A DNA stretch of 33,321 nt, taken from the NCBI GenBank assembly GCA_003009755.1, contig PXUB01000011.1:1-33321 (forward strand), written 5' to 3'. How positions within the stretch are numbered: the stretch's first letter is position 1; each line of letters opens with the position of its first letter. A program made the position numbers and the translations under genes. The notes beneath the pieces were generated by a model. It was given only the letters and a program-made list of their open reading frames with translations. It did no database searches and was not told where the DNA came from. This stretch comes from Thermoplasmatales archaeon SW_10_69_26. GTDB lineage: Archaea > Thermoplasmatota > SW-10-69-26. Positions 1-8,084 of the stretch are shown in pieces.

Positions 1-246
1 CTCGTCCTCGTGGGTCGGGAGGATGTCGACGATCTTGATGGCTTGCTTCCGGGTGACGCGGTCGAGGTCGGTGAGCTCCGCGAGCAGCTCCTCGGCGTCC
101 TCCTTGCTGCCGAGGCGATCGAAGGCCTTGGCGTGGTCCAGCGAGAGCTTCTGCTCGTAGGAGAGCTCGCCGCGGTTGGCGCGCTCCTTCTCCAGCAAGT
201 GATGGACCTCCGGGATGCTCAAGGCCTCGGCGTCGTCGAGGGGCAC
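1..246 (-). CDS. rpoF: DNA-directed RNA polymerase subunit F (Rpo4), 3' end cut off by the window edge
   Basis: Hand translation of the minus strand from GTG at 246: MPLDDAEALSIPEVHHLLEKERANRGELSYEQKLSLDHAKAF...AIKIVDILP. The ELSYEQ and KIVDILP motifs are typical of Rpo4. It lies directly downstream of rpl21e, the usual archaeal order. Alternative GTG start at 255. Not in the ORF track. Confidence 0.9.
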   Translation of the reverse strand, partial: MPLDDAEALSIPEVHHLLEKERANRGELSYEQKLSLDHAKAFDRLGSKEDAEELLAELTDLDRVTRKQAIKIVDILPTHEDE

Positions 247-251
247 CGCGA

Positions 252-542
252 TCACTCCTGCGGGACCAGGTGCTCGGGACCGGCGATCAGGGTCTTCTCC
301 TTGCCGCCGTCCGTGAAGGAGACGAGGAACGCCTCGCCTTGCGTGCCGGAGATCGTCCCGGTGACGCCTTGGAACCGCGGGTGGGGCATGGCATCGTGGA
401 CGGACGAGTCGATGTCGACGCTGACCCTCTGTCCCTCGTCGAAGTCGCGGAGCGTGTGGGTTACCGGCGGCTCACCCTTGTCGCGAACGTCCTTTCGGAG
501 CTTCTTGCGGGACGAGTTCCGGGACCCTTTCGATCGCTTCAT
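252..542 (-). CDS. rpl21e: 50S ribosomal protein L21e
   Basis: MKRSKGSR..SRKKLRK, MPHPRFQGVTG and GGKEKTLIAGPEHL motifs; sits between pus10 and rpoF. Confidence 0.97.
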   Translation of the reverse strand: MKRSKGSRNSSRKKLRKDVRDKGEPPVTHTLRDFDEGQRVSVDIDSSVHDAMPHPRFQGVTGTISGTQGEAFLVSFTDGGKEKTLIAGPEHLVPQE

Positions 543-546
543 GGAA

Positions 547-1824
547 TCACTCCTCAGCTCGGATGGTGGCGTCGAGCGCTGACGGCCCGCCGACGTCGAC
601 GACGTCGAGCGCCGTGCAGCGTGCGCCTACGTCCAGGAGGCCGGCGAGCGACGGATCGCTGCGGCCCTCGTCCCCGCTGACGAGCTCCTTGATGTACAGA
701 CCGGCGTCCCCTTGGAGGAGGAAGCGGGCCTGGAGCCCATCGTCGCGGCGGTGGACGAGCAAGCAGCGCGTCACGTCGCGGTGGCGGGTCTTGTCGGCCC
801 GCCGGTGCGCGACCCGGGAAGGGGTCCGCTGGGCCACCTGGGTACCTTCCAGCATGTCACTCACCTTGAAAAGCGTTTCTGTGGGCACGGGGTCCTCGAA
901 GGCCACCTCGGCCGCGTACGTCTTCCGCCCGCGGTGGCCTTTCACCTCGCTGACCGCGTCCTTGTCCACGAACGCCAGCTCGGAGACGGAGACGGCGGGC
1001 GCAGCGCACGTGGTGATCGCGCGCCGGAGGACGTCGAGGTTGACGAACCGGCGGCGCGGGTCGGGCAGCTCGAGCACGAACGGTCGGCCCGAGCCCAGGC
1101 AGCGGGCGTCGACGTCCTCGCGCCCGGCGCCGTGGAACGTGGCTTCGCTGGCTCCTGTGGCTTGCTTGGCGGGGGCGGCGACCAGGTCCTCGACGCTCAG
1201 GATGTAGTTCAGGCCGCTGGCCCCGCACTCGGTGCAGCCCGTGCCACGGCAGTTGCGGCACGGCCACCGGGTCTGCGGGATGCCGCGCACGTGCTTGCGG
1301 TAGCGCCCATAGATGAACAGGGATTTGTGGACGTGGTCGACGTGGTCGAAGCGGGTGTCGAGCACCGCGTTCACGTCCGGGCCGTCGAACTCGACGGTCC
1401 AGTTCTCGCGCCCGATGCCGCTGTGGCGGGCCTCGACCTGCTTGCCGATCTCGCGGTTGAGCTCGGACTTGGCGGACTCGGTGTCCTCGGCGCCGATCGC
1501 CTCCCACACCATCTCCTCGCGCTCGAGCACGTCCGGCGGGACCCGGGTGCCGACGAGGAACGTGTCGAAGGCCCAGCCGGCTAGGTCGGCCTCGACGACG
1601 TCCCGCATCCGGTCGACGCGGCCCATCAAGCCCTCGCAGACGTGGCACTCCTCGGGCGTGGTCGTCTCCAGATCGTGTTCTTCGACCAGGATGCGACCCC
1701 GCTCGTCGTTGCCGTACCCGAAATCGACGCGGGCGAAGCACCGGCCCAGACAGTGCTCGCACAAGCCCAGCTCGGCGGCCTCGCGAGCGGGTTCGGCCAA
1801 CTGCGGGTCCCGGATGTCGCCCAC
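547..1824 (-). CDS. pus10: tRNA pseudouridine(54/55) synthase Pus10
   Basis: N-terminal CxxCLGR, GRYRKHVRGIPQTRW, catalytic FHGAGREDVD, QRTPSRVAHRRAD and GLYIKELVSGD motifs. Has a CRNCRGTGCTEC zinc-finger insert. Confidence 0.96.
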   Translation of the reverse strand: MGDIRDPQLAEPAREAAELGLCEHCLGRCFARVDFGYGNDERGRILVEEHDLETTTPEECHVCEGLMGRVDRMRDVVEADLAGWAFDTFLVGTRVPPDVLEREEMVWEAIGAEDTESAKSELNREIGKQVEARHSGIGRENWTVEFDGPDVNAVLDTRFDHVDHVHKSLFIYGRYRKHVRGIPQTRWPCRNCRGTGCTECGASGLNYILSVEDLVAAPAKQATGASEATFHGAGREDVDARCLGSGRPFVLELPDPRRRFVNLDVLRRAITTCAAPAVSVSELAFVDKDAVSEVKGHRGRKTYAAEVAFEDPVPTETLFKVSDMLEGTQVAQRTPSRVAHRRADKTRHRDVTRCLLVHRRDDGLQARFLLQGDAGLYIKELVSGDEGRSDPSLAGLLDVGARCTALDVVDVGGPSALDATIRAEE

Positions 1825-1946
1825 GCCGGCCCCAGGCAGCCAGTGTACTTGGGTGTGACGGGCGCGGCCGGTGCTGCCGGGCCCGGTTTAGCATGGTGGT
1901 CCCACGCTTTTTCCGGCTGGGGCCGGTTCGTCCGATGGGAGCTGCC

Positions 1947-3173
1947 ATGCGAGGCCGAGCGTCGACCCTCGTCGCCGTCGTGTTGTTGGTGACCGTGCCG
2001 TGGACCGCCGCCACGGCCGCCGACCCGATCACCGAGACGAACTGCCGGTCCGGCGAACCCCAGACCGACGCGACGACCTGCACGGCCGGCGAGGGCCACC
2101 ACCAGGGCACGCTCGTCCAGCACGCCAACGAGCGGGATCGCTACGAGCTCGACCCGCCACCGTCCTCGCTGGTTCGCATCACGATCGAGGCCGAAGGCGA
2201 GATCGAAGCCCAGCTCGTCGATCCCGACGGCACCACGCGATCGCTGGGCGACAACACGTTCGGCCCGATCGAGCTGACCGCGGTCAGCCAGCCACAGGGG
2301 ACGTGGACGCTCACGATCCAGCGCGAGGGAGACGGGGCCGCGACGGTCGGCTACGCCTTCGACATCGCTTACGAGATCCACGACCACGTCGCAAGCGTGC
2401 AGACCGAGGCCGGCGACGCCGCGTCCGCGATCGCGTCCTTCCCGGACGAGGGCTTCAACCACCTGGAGCTGCGCTACGGGACCGACCAGGACGCCGTCGC
2501 CGAGCAGATCGCGTTCTTCCAGCTGCTCAGTGTCGAGCTGCCGAGCGGCGAGGAGGGGTGGTTCGGCCGGTCGCTGCAGGCCTACGGGGGCTACGGCGCC
2601 GCCCCCCACGTCTGGACCGAGGGGACGCCGCCCAGCGAGGTCAGCCTCGACCTGCCGAATCCCACCGTCGACGAGGGCTCCATCACCCTCTCGATCGAGG
2701 CCGACCACGGCTTCGAGGTCGCCTACGGCCAAGCCCTCTCGCTCGGCCACACCCAGCTCGAGGGCTGGGCGATCTGGGACGGTCCCGACGAGGCCAGCGT
2801 CGACCTTAGCGGCGACGACCCGGCCGCCTTCGAACGCCTCGACGACTTCGAGGACGGCGAGGACGGCTACGGGATCCAGGCTGGCAGCTTCGCCTACGCC
2901 GAGAACCTCACCACCACCTACGAGGCGCCCGAGGACCACGCCACGTTCTTCTCCGTGAACAGCTACACCCCTGCCCACGCGGTCGAGCCCACCCACCTGC
3001 AGGTCCACACCCCCGAGGGCGCCAGCGAGGACCACATCGGCGACGGCGTCGATATCCGGTTCCCGCCCGAAGCCGGTCCCGGCGCCTGGCAGGTCGACGC
3101 CGTCCACGCCGACGGCAACGAAGGCGACACGATCCGCATGGCCGCCGCCTCGTTCCCGTTCACGGTCACCTGA
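1947..3173 (+). CDS. Secreted acidic hypothetical protein (beta-rich; possible PPC/jelly-roll-like domains)
   Basis: The ATG at 1947 gives a signal peptide, MRGRASTLVAVVLLVTVPWTAATAA (ORF open from 1893). Acidic composition and typical codon usage; segments such as LVDPDG..PQGTWTL and GPGAWQV. The domain call is inference. Confidence 0.7.
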   Translation: MRGRASTLVAVVLLVTVPWTAATAADPITETNCRSGEPQTDATTCTAGEGHHQGTLVQHANERDRYELDPPPSSLVRITIEAEGEIEAQLVDPDGTTRSLGDNTFGPIELTAVSQPQGTWTLTIQREGDGAATVGYAFDIAYEIHDHVASVQTEAGDAASAIASFPDEGFNHLELRYGTDQDAVAEQIAFFQLLSVELPSGEEGWFGRSLQAYGGYGAAPHVWTEGTPPSEVSLDLPNPTVDEGSITLSIEADHGFEVAYGQALSLGHTQLEGWAIWDGPDEASVDLSGDDPAAFERLDDFEDGEDGYGIQAGSFAYAENLTTTYEAPEDHATFFSVNSYTPAHAVEPTHLQVHTPEGASEDHIGDGVDIRFPPEAGPGAWQVDAVHADGNEGDTIRMAAASFPFTVT

Positions 3174-3192
3174 CCCCGCCGGGCGCCTTCGA

Positions 3193-3210
3193 CGGGTGGC
3201 TCGCCACCCG
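3193..3210. terminator. GC-rich inverted repeat after the stop codon, possible terminator
   Basis: CGGGTGGC-TC-GCCACCCG about 20 nt after TGA 3173. Confidence 0.35.
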
Positions 3211-3267
3211 CCCTGCCTCCCCCGAGCTTAAGACCCCCTAGGCGTACGCTTGCCTGGAGAAGCCGCC

Positions 3268-3603
3268 GTGCCGTTGCCCAAACGAGCCATCGAGATCACC
3301 TCGCACGCCCAACAGCGAGCCTTCCACCGCTTGCGGCTCGAGAGGGGCGAACGCACCCACTGGATTCGCGAGGCTCTCCGCCAGGGCGACTGGTACGAGA
3401 ACCCCGACGAGCGCGACGAGTTCCTCGTCGTGCATCGGGCCAACAACAAGCCCGCCTGCCTGACGGTCGCCGCCGAGGACCGCCAGCTCACCGTCACGAC
3501 CGTCTACCCGATGAAGAACCCGGGCAAGATCCGCGCCTACCGCCAGCACGGCCCCGAGCTGGACGCCGAGGACATCGCGGAGCGGTACCGCATCCGGCGG
3601 TAG
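3268..3603 (+). CDS. DUF4258-like small basic protein (putative RelE/BECR-fold RNase toxin-like)
   Basis: IEITSHAQQR near the N-terminus and LTVTTVYP near the C-terminus match the DUF4258 pattern (HA..R ... xTVY). TATA-like CTTAAG at about 3227. Start uncertain (GTG 3268; ORF open from 3250). Confidence 0.6.
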   Translation: MPLPKRAIEITSHAQQRAFHRLRLERGERTHWIREALRQGDWYENPDERDEFLVVHRANNKPACLTVAAEDRQLTVTTVYPMKNPGKIRAYRQHGPELDAEDIAERYRIRR

Positions 3604-3939
3604 GCCCCGACCCTTCCCGGTTTCGAAGACGGCGGTTAGGTGCCGGTGCCAGCGTCGACCCAAGGTCCCTATCCTGGCAAAGCGTCGTAGACTGGAGGGA
3701 TTGGGTCCCCTCGTCCTTTCAGACGTACGGCTCGACGACCGACAGTGGGCCTTCCGCGGGCGCCATCATGTTCGCCGTCGCAAAGATCCAAGATAATACT
3801 CGATGAGCAGGAGAGGAAGAACCCAGAAGGGCCCACGGGTCCCTCCTCGGCCGGCGGTCCCTGACCTCCGCACAGTCCCCTCTCCGTTTCCCAACCGCAG
3901 GGACCAAATCTCCTACACCCCGATCGTCGTCCGCGGACC

Positions 3940-4830
3940 ATGTCTCCGTCACGGATGACGAGGGTGCTGCTGGCCGTATCTCTCGGCTTGGTGGCGTTGA
4001 CCGGCTGCACCACCCCCACCGGCCCGGACGCCGGCGAAACCCCGACGGGCTCCTCCGAGCTCTCGGTCGAGGAGGCTTACCTAGCCCACGTCCCGAGCGA
4101 GGGTATCCCCAGGATGCCCTACGATGCCACCGTCGAGCAGGGAGACGACGTCATCTTGCTCTTGCGAGACGTCGGCCCTTTCTCGCAAGCCCCCGATAAA
4201 GACCGCCGAGGAGCCGCGTTGAACCTCGTCGTCCGGGACGCGGAGGGCGAACCCGTCCATCGGTACTCGGCCAATGTGACGCTCGGCGAACCGGAGGCCA
4301 CCGGATTCCAGATCCCCTGGAAGGCGGTGGACGCTCCAACAAGTGAGTACACGGCCGAGGCCACGGTCACGGACAAGGTCACCGGCGACGAGGTCAGCGT
4401 CGAACTGGATCTGGCGATCGTCGAGACAGTCGACCGGAGCCGGAGTTCGTTTGGAGCCTCGGGCTGGACCTACCTCCTCGACAAGGGGGAAGGAGGGCCC
4501 ACTTTCAGGCCGCTTGCAACGTATCCGAGCGGCAGCGAGGTCCAGTTCGGGCTCGTCGATGTGGGCCCCTTCGCCGAGGGGGAGGACGGCAACCACCACC
4601 CGGCGGCCTCGCTGACCGTCCGTGACTCGGACGGCAACACGATCCTGTCGGAGAACACGACCTACGAACCCCAACGAGCGCCGGATGGCGTCTTCCCAGC
4701 TTTGACGATGGAAATCGGTCTTCCGGCCTCCGAAACGCCGGGCAACTTCACCCTCTCGATGACGGTCGAGGATCGCATCGAGGGTTCGACGACCGAAGAG
4801 ACTCGCGAGTTCGAGATCTTCTCACGGTGA
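3940..4830 (+). CDS. Lipoprotein with two tandem homologous beta-sandwich-like domains
   Basis: Lipobox LVALTGC. Internal duplication: LRDVGPFSQ..AALNLVVRDAEG..YTAEATVTDKVTG versus LVDVGPFAE..AASLTVRDSDG..FTLSMTVEDRIEG. Confidence 0.75.
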   Translation: MSPSRMTRVLLAVSLGLVALTGCTTPTGPDAGETPTGSSELSVEEAYLAHVPSEGIPRMPYDATVEQGDDVILLLRDVGPFSQAPDKDRRGAALNLVVRDAEGEPVHRYSANVTLGEPEATGFQIPWKAVDAPTSEYTAEATVTDKVTGDEVSVELDLAIVETVDRSRSSFGASGWTYLLDKGEGGPTFRPLATYPSGSEVQFGLVDVGPFAEGEDGNHHPAASLTVRDSDGNTILSENTTYEPQRAPDGVFPALTMEIGLPASETPGNFTLSMTVEDRIEGSTTEETREFEIFSR

Positions 4831-5032
4831 TCCCGGCCGCCGTTCGAGGCCGAACCGGGGACGCCAGCAACCCCCGGCCGCCCGCGACGACTGCCCTCCA
4901 ACGGTCGCTCAGCGACACCCCGAGAGGCCCGCTCGCTGTGGGCCCTCCGTGACGTCGACGAGGACCACCCCCAGGTGCCGAGCCGACAGGGGACGGGCCG
5001 AAACGCTCTTGGGCTCACAGCCACGCTGCCCG

Positions 5033-7165
5033 ATGATGAGAGGCTGGAGGCTCGCCACGCTGACCGTGCTCGCGCTGGCTGCCCTCGCCGGCTGCATCGG
5101 TACCGACGAGGTCCTCGACCGGCAATCCGCCGCCACGGACGCGCTCGATCCCACCGACGTCGAGGCGCCCGACGAGGCCGAGATCGAGGAGACCGAGGAG
5201 GGCGTCCGGGTCCTGCTCGAGGCGGTCGAGCTCCCGATCGAGCACGAGATCCAGGTCCCGGAGGACGCCGAGATGGTGCGCGTCACCGCCCACCACGCCG
5301 ACGAGGACCGAGCGATCTTCCCGGTGCTCGAGCACGCCGACACCGGCCACCACCGCTGCTACCCCTCGATCGCCGAAGCTTGGAACGTCGGCGTCAACGG
5401 CACGACCACGTGCGCGGCCCTCACTGCCCTCGACGGCGACAACGCCACCTGGAAGCTGTCCGTGAACGCGGCCACCACCTCCACGGACTTCCTCGTCTCG
5501 ACGCCCGTCGTCTCCGCGTTCCCGCAGAGCAGCGATCAGGGCGTCGCCGAGCGGGTCGCGATCGACTTCGTCGCCGACGCCGACGACGGCCTCGTCGACG
5601 AGATCGACACCGAAGCTCTCTCCGAGCCCCACCACGAGGTCGGCGACACCAGCTTCCACGAGGTCGAAAGCCACGACGGCTCCCAGCTGTGGGTCCAGGT
5701 CACCACGCCGGCCGACGACGCCCACGAGGCCTACCCCACCGTGATGGTCTCGACGCCGTACACGACCGGCGATCGGCAGACGAGCGAGCGCGTCTACGAG
5801 GACTACGTCAAGGAGTTCGTCCAGCGCGGCTACGCCGTCGTCATCGCCGACGTGCGCGGGTTCGGCCGCTCGGACGGCTGCATGGAGGTCTGGGGCCCCA
5901 ACGAGCAAGCCGACCAGGCCGAGCTCGTCGACTGGATCACCGACCAGGACTTCAGCGACGGCAAGGTCGGCATGACCGGCGTCAGCTACCCCGGGACGAC
6001 GCCCATCCAAGCCGCGGTCCAAGCCCCCGAGGGCCTCGAAGCCGTCGTCAGCATCGCCGGCGTCCTCAACGCCTACAAGGACTGGCACTTCGGCGGCGTG
6101 CCCAACGGCGAGTCGATCGGCAGCCCGATCGGCTACCAGACGATCGGACTCACCGCCACCGGCGAGGACCCCATCGAGCGCGCCACGGACCAGGCCAACG
6201 GCGTCTGCGATCCCTCGCTCGTCGCCCGCGCCAACGATCCGCGCGCCGTGCACGACGAGTTCTACGAGGTCCGCAACTTCACCGCTCGCGCCGACGAGGT
6301 CGAGGCCGCCGTCATGGTCGAGCACGGCTACAACGACGTCAACGTCAAATCCGCCATGCAGCTCGACTGGTTCAACGACCTCGACGTCCCCAAGGTCGGG
6401 ATGTTCGGCAACTGGCACCACCAGTGGGCCGCCCGCGCCGACGAGGTCACGATGCGCGTCGCCTGGATGGACCAGTTCGTCAAGGGGGAGAACCTGGGCC
6501 TGGCGAACGCCTCGACGGCATCGGTCACCGCCAACGGCGACCGCTACCGCGAGACCAACGCCTGGCCCGACCCGGCCGCCGAACCGCAAGGCTTCGCGCC
6601 CGACCTCGACGAGCGCAGCCTGCAGGCCGAGCCCGCCGAGGGCAGCGGCGAGGCGCAGATCCTGTTGACCGGCACGAGCAACGCCGAACCGCTCGCCCGA
6701 GCCGCCGGCGAGACCAGCATCGAGCTGTCGACGACGCTGAACGAGACCGTGCGCGTCGCCGGGCAACCCTACCTGTCCCTCGACGTGACGCTCGAGGGCG
6801 CCGAGAACGCCTACGTCGGCGCCGACCTGCTCCACGACGACGGCGACCACGTCCAACGGGTCACGTTCGGCTGGACGAACCTCGCCCACCGCGGCAGCCA
6901 CGACAGCTACGAGCCGCTGCAACCCGGCGAGCGGGTCACCGTTCCCTTGCCCTTCCTCCCGGGCGAGCACGTCTTCGAGGAAGGCGACGAGCTGCGGCTC
7001 GTCGTCCAGGGCGTCACCGAGGAGGACTGGTTCAAGTACCGACCCGGTCAGCCCGGCCAGCTCGTGCTCCACGGTGAGGGCACCCAGCTCACGCTGTCGA
7101 CGCTGGACGAGGGCGCCTACGAGGCGACGCCGACGAGTGCCACGCCCACCCAGCTGTCCGGCTAG
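5033..7165 (+). CDS. CocE/NonD family serine hydrolase (peptidase S15 / X-Pro dipeptidyl-peptidase-like), lipoprotein
   Basis: Lipobox ALAGC; STPY, RGYAVVIADVRGFGRSDG and the nucleophile elbow GMTGVSYPG; HGYNDVNV and GNWHH fit the catalytic Asp/His regions; PepX-like C-terminal domain. Confidence 0.9.
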   Translation: MMRGWRLATLTVLALAALAGCIGTDEVLDRQSAATDALDPTDVEAPDEAEIEETEEGVRVLLEAVELPIEHEIQVPEDAEMVRVTAHHADEDRAIFPVLEHADTGHHRCYPSIAEAWNVGVNGTTTCAALTALDGDNATWKLSVNAATTSTDFLVSTPVVSAFPQSSDQGVAERVAIDFVADADDGLVDEIDTEALSEPHHEVGDTSFHEVESHDGSQLWVQVTTPADDAHEAYPTVMVSTPYTTGDRQTSERVYEDYVKEFVQRGYAVVIADVRGFGRSDGCMEVWGPNEQADQAELVDWITDQDFSDGKVGMTGVSYPGTTPIQAAVQAPEGLEAVVSIAGVLNAYKDWHFGGVPNGESIGSPIGYQTIGLTATGEDPIERATDQANGVCDPSLVARANDPRAVHDEFYEVRNFTARADEVEAAVMVEHGYNDVNVKSAMQLDWFNDLDVPKVGMFGNWHHQWAARADEVTMRVAWMDQFVKGENLGLANASTASVTANGDRYRETNAWPDPAAEPQGFAPDLDERSLQAEPAEGSGEAQILLTGTSNAEPLARAAGETSIELSTTLNETVRVAGQPYLSLDVTLEGAENAYVGADLLHDDGDHVQRVTFGWTNLAHRGSHDSYEPLQPGERVTVPLPFLPGEHVFEEGDELRLVVQGVTEEDWFKYRPGQPGQLVLHGEGTQLTLSTLDEGAYEATPTSATPTQLSG

Positions 7166-7971
7166 TCCACGAACAGCCACCGCAGGATCCGGTCCTGCGT
7201 CCGGTCCGGCAGCCAGCCCAGGGCTCGAGTGCCCAGCGAGGCCAGCCGTCCCACCGGGACGCGCGTCGGCGCTCGTCGCGCCGTCAGGCACCGCTCGATC
7301 GCGGCCGCCACGTCGTCCGCCGTGACGGCCGGCAGTCGCTCGAGGATCGCCTCGGCCACCCGCTCGTAGGACTCCCGGTGCGGGCTCTCCTCGACGTCCA
7401 CGTGCTCGGCGAGCAGCTCCCGCGAGCGCGCCTGGAACCCGGTGGCGACCGGCCCCGGCTGGACGAGGCTCACGTCCACGCCGGCGGGCCCGATCTCGGT
7501 CCGCAGCGTGGCCGCGGCCGCCTCGAGCGCCGCCTTGCTCGCGCCGTAGGCCCCGTAGAAGGGAACCTGGGTGCGCGCGGCGAGGCTCGAGACCATCACG
7601 ACGCGGCCCTCGGCGTCGCGCAGGGCCCCAGCCAGGGCCCGCGTCAACGTGGCTGGCCCCACGACGTTGACCTCCAGTTGCTCGAGCCAGGCCTCCCGGT
7701 CGAGGTCCTCCACCGCGCCCGGGACGCCGATGCCGGCGTTGTGCACGAGCCCGTCCAACGGCTCCGAGCCCACCTCCGCGGCCAGCGTCTGGATCTCGCG
7801 CGGCTCGCGAAGATCCAGCCCGATCGCCCGGGCCCCGCGATCGTCGAGCGCGTCGCGATCCTCGGCCGAGCGGGCGGTGGCCCACACCTCGAACCCCTCG
7901 GAGAGCAACCGCTCGACGGCGGCCTCGCCGATGCCGCTGGATCCGCCGGTCACGAGCACGCGCTCGGCCAT
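7162..7971 (-). CDS. Short-chain dehydrogenase/reductase (SDR)
   Basis: VLVTGGSSGIG, HNAG, catalytic YGASK and VQPGPVAT motifs. ATG at 7971. Confidence 0.95.
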   Translation of the reverse strand: MAERVLVTGGSSGIGEAAVERLLSEGFEVWATARSAEDRDALDDRGARAIGLDLREPREIQTLAAEVGSEPLDGLVHNAGIGVPGAVEDLDREAWLEQLEVNVVGPATLTRALAGALRDAEGRVVMVSSLAARTQVPFYGAYGASKAALEAAAATLRTEIGPAGVDVSLVQPGPVATGFQARSRELLAEHVDVEESPHRESYERVAEAILERLPAVTADDVAAAIERCLTARRAPTRVPVGRLASLGTRALGWLPDRTQDRILRWLFVD

Positions 7972-8043
7972 CGCCCGCGCAAGCCCGGCGTCGTTGAAAA
8001 CGGCCGCGATTCCGTCCAACGCCGAACGAGCCCGCGAGTTGGC

Positions 8044-8049
8044 TTTAAG
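8044..8049 (+). promoter_or_regulatory. Archaeal TATA-like box upstream of the 559-aa gene
   Basis: TTTAAG in a very GC-rich background, about 35 nt before ATG 8085. Similar boxes occur at about 9803, 17289, 18791, 21836 and 24682. Confidence 0.55.
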
Positions 8050-8084
8050 TAGCTACGCGCCATCGGGTTGCTCGGAGTGGGGCG

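Noticed and set aside
3669-4019. Small minus-strand ORFs in the 3604-3939 gap as an antitoxin
   Set aside because: No recognisable motif, atypical composition, and they overlap the lipoprotein start.
5015-7885. Very long antisense or alternate-frame ORFs (e.g. 5015-7885, 9640-12159, 28306-30765, 4975-7077, 7571-9607, 10848-12860)
   Set aside because: Shadow ORFs of real high-GC genes: Arg/Gly/Pro- or Val/Leu-rich, no recognisable motifs, and fully overlapping well-supported CDSs.
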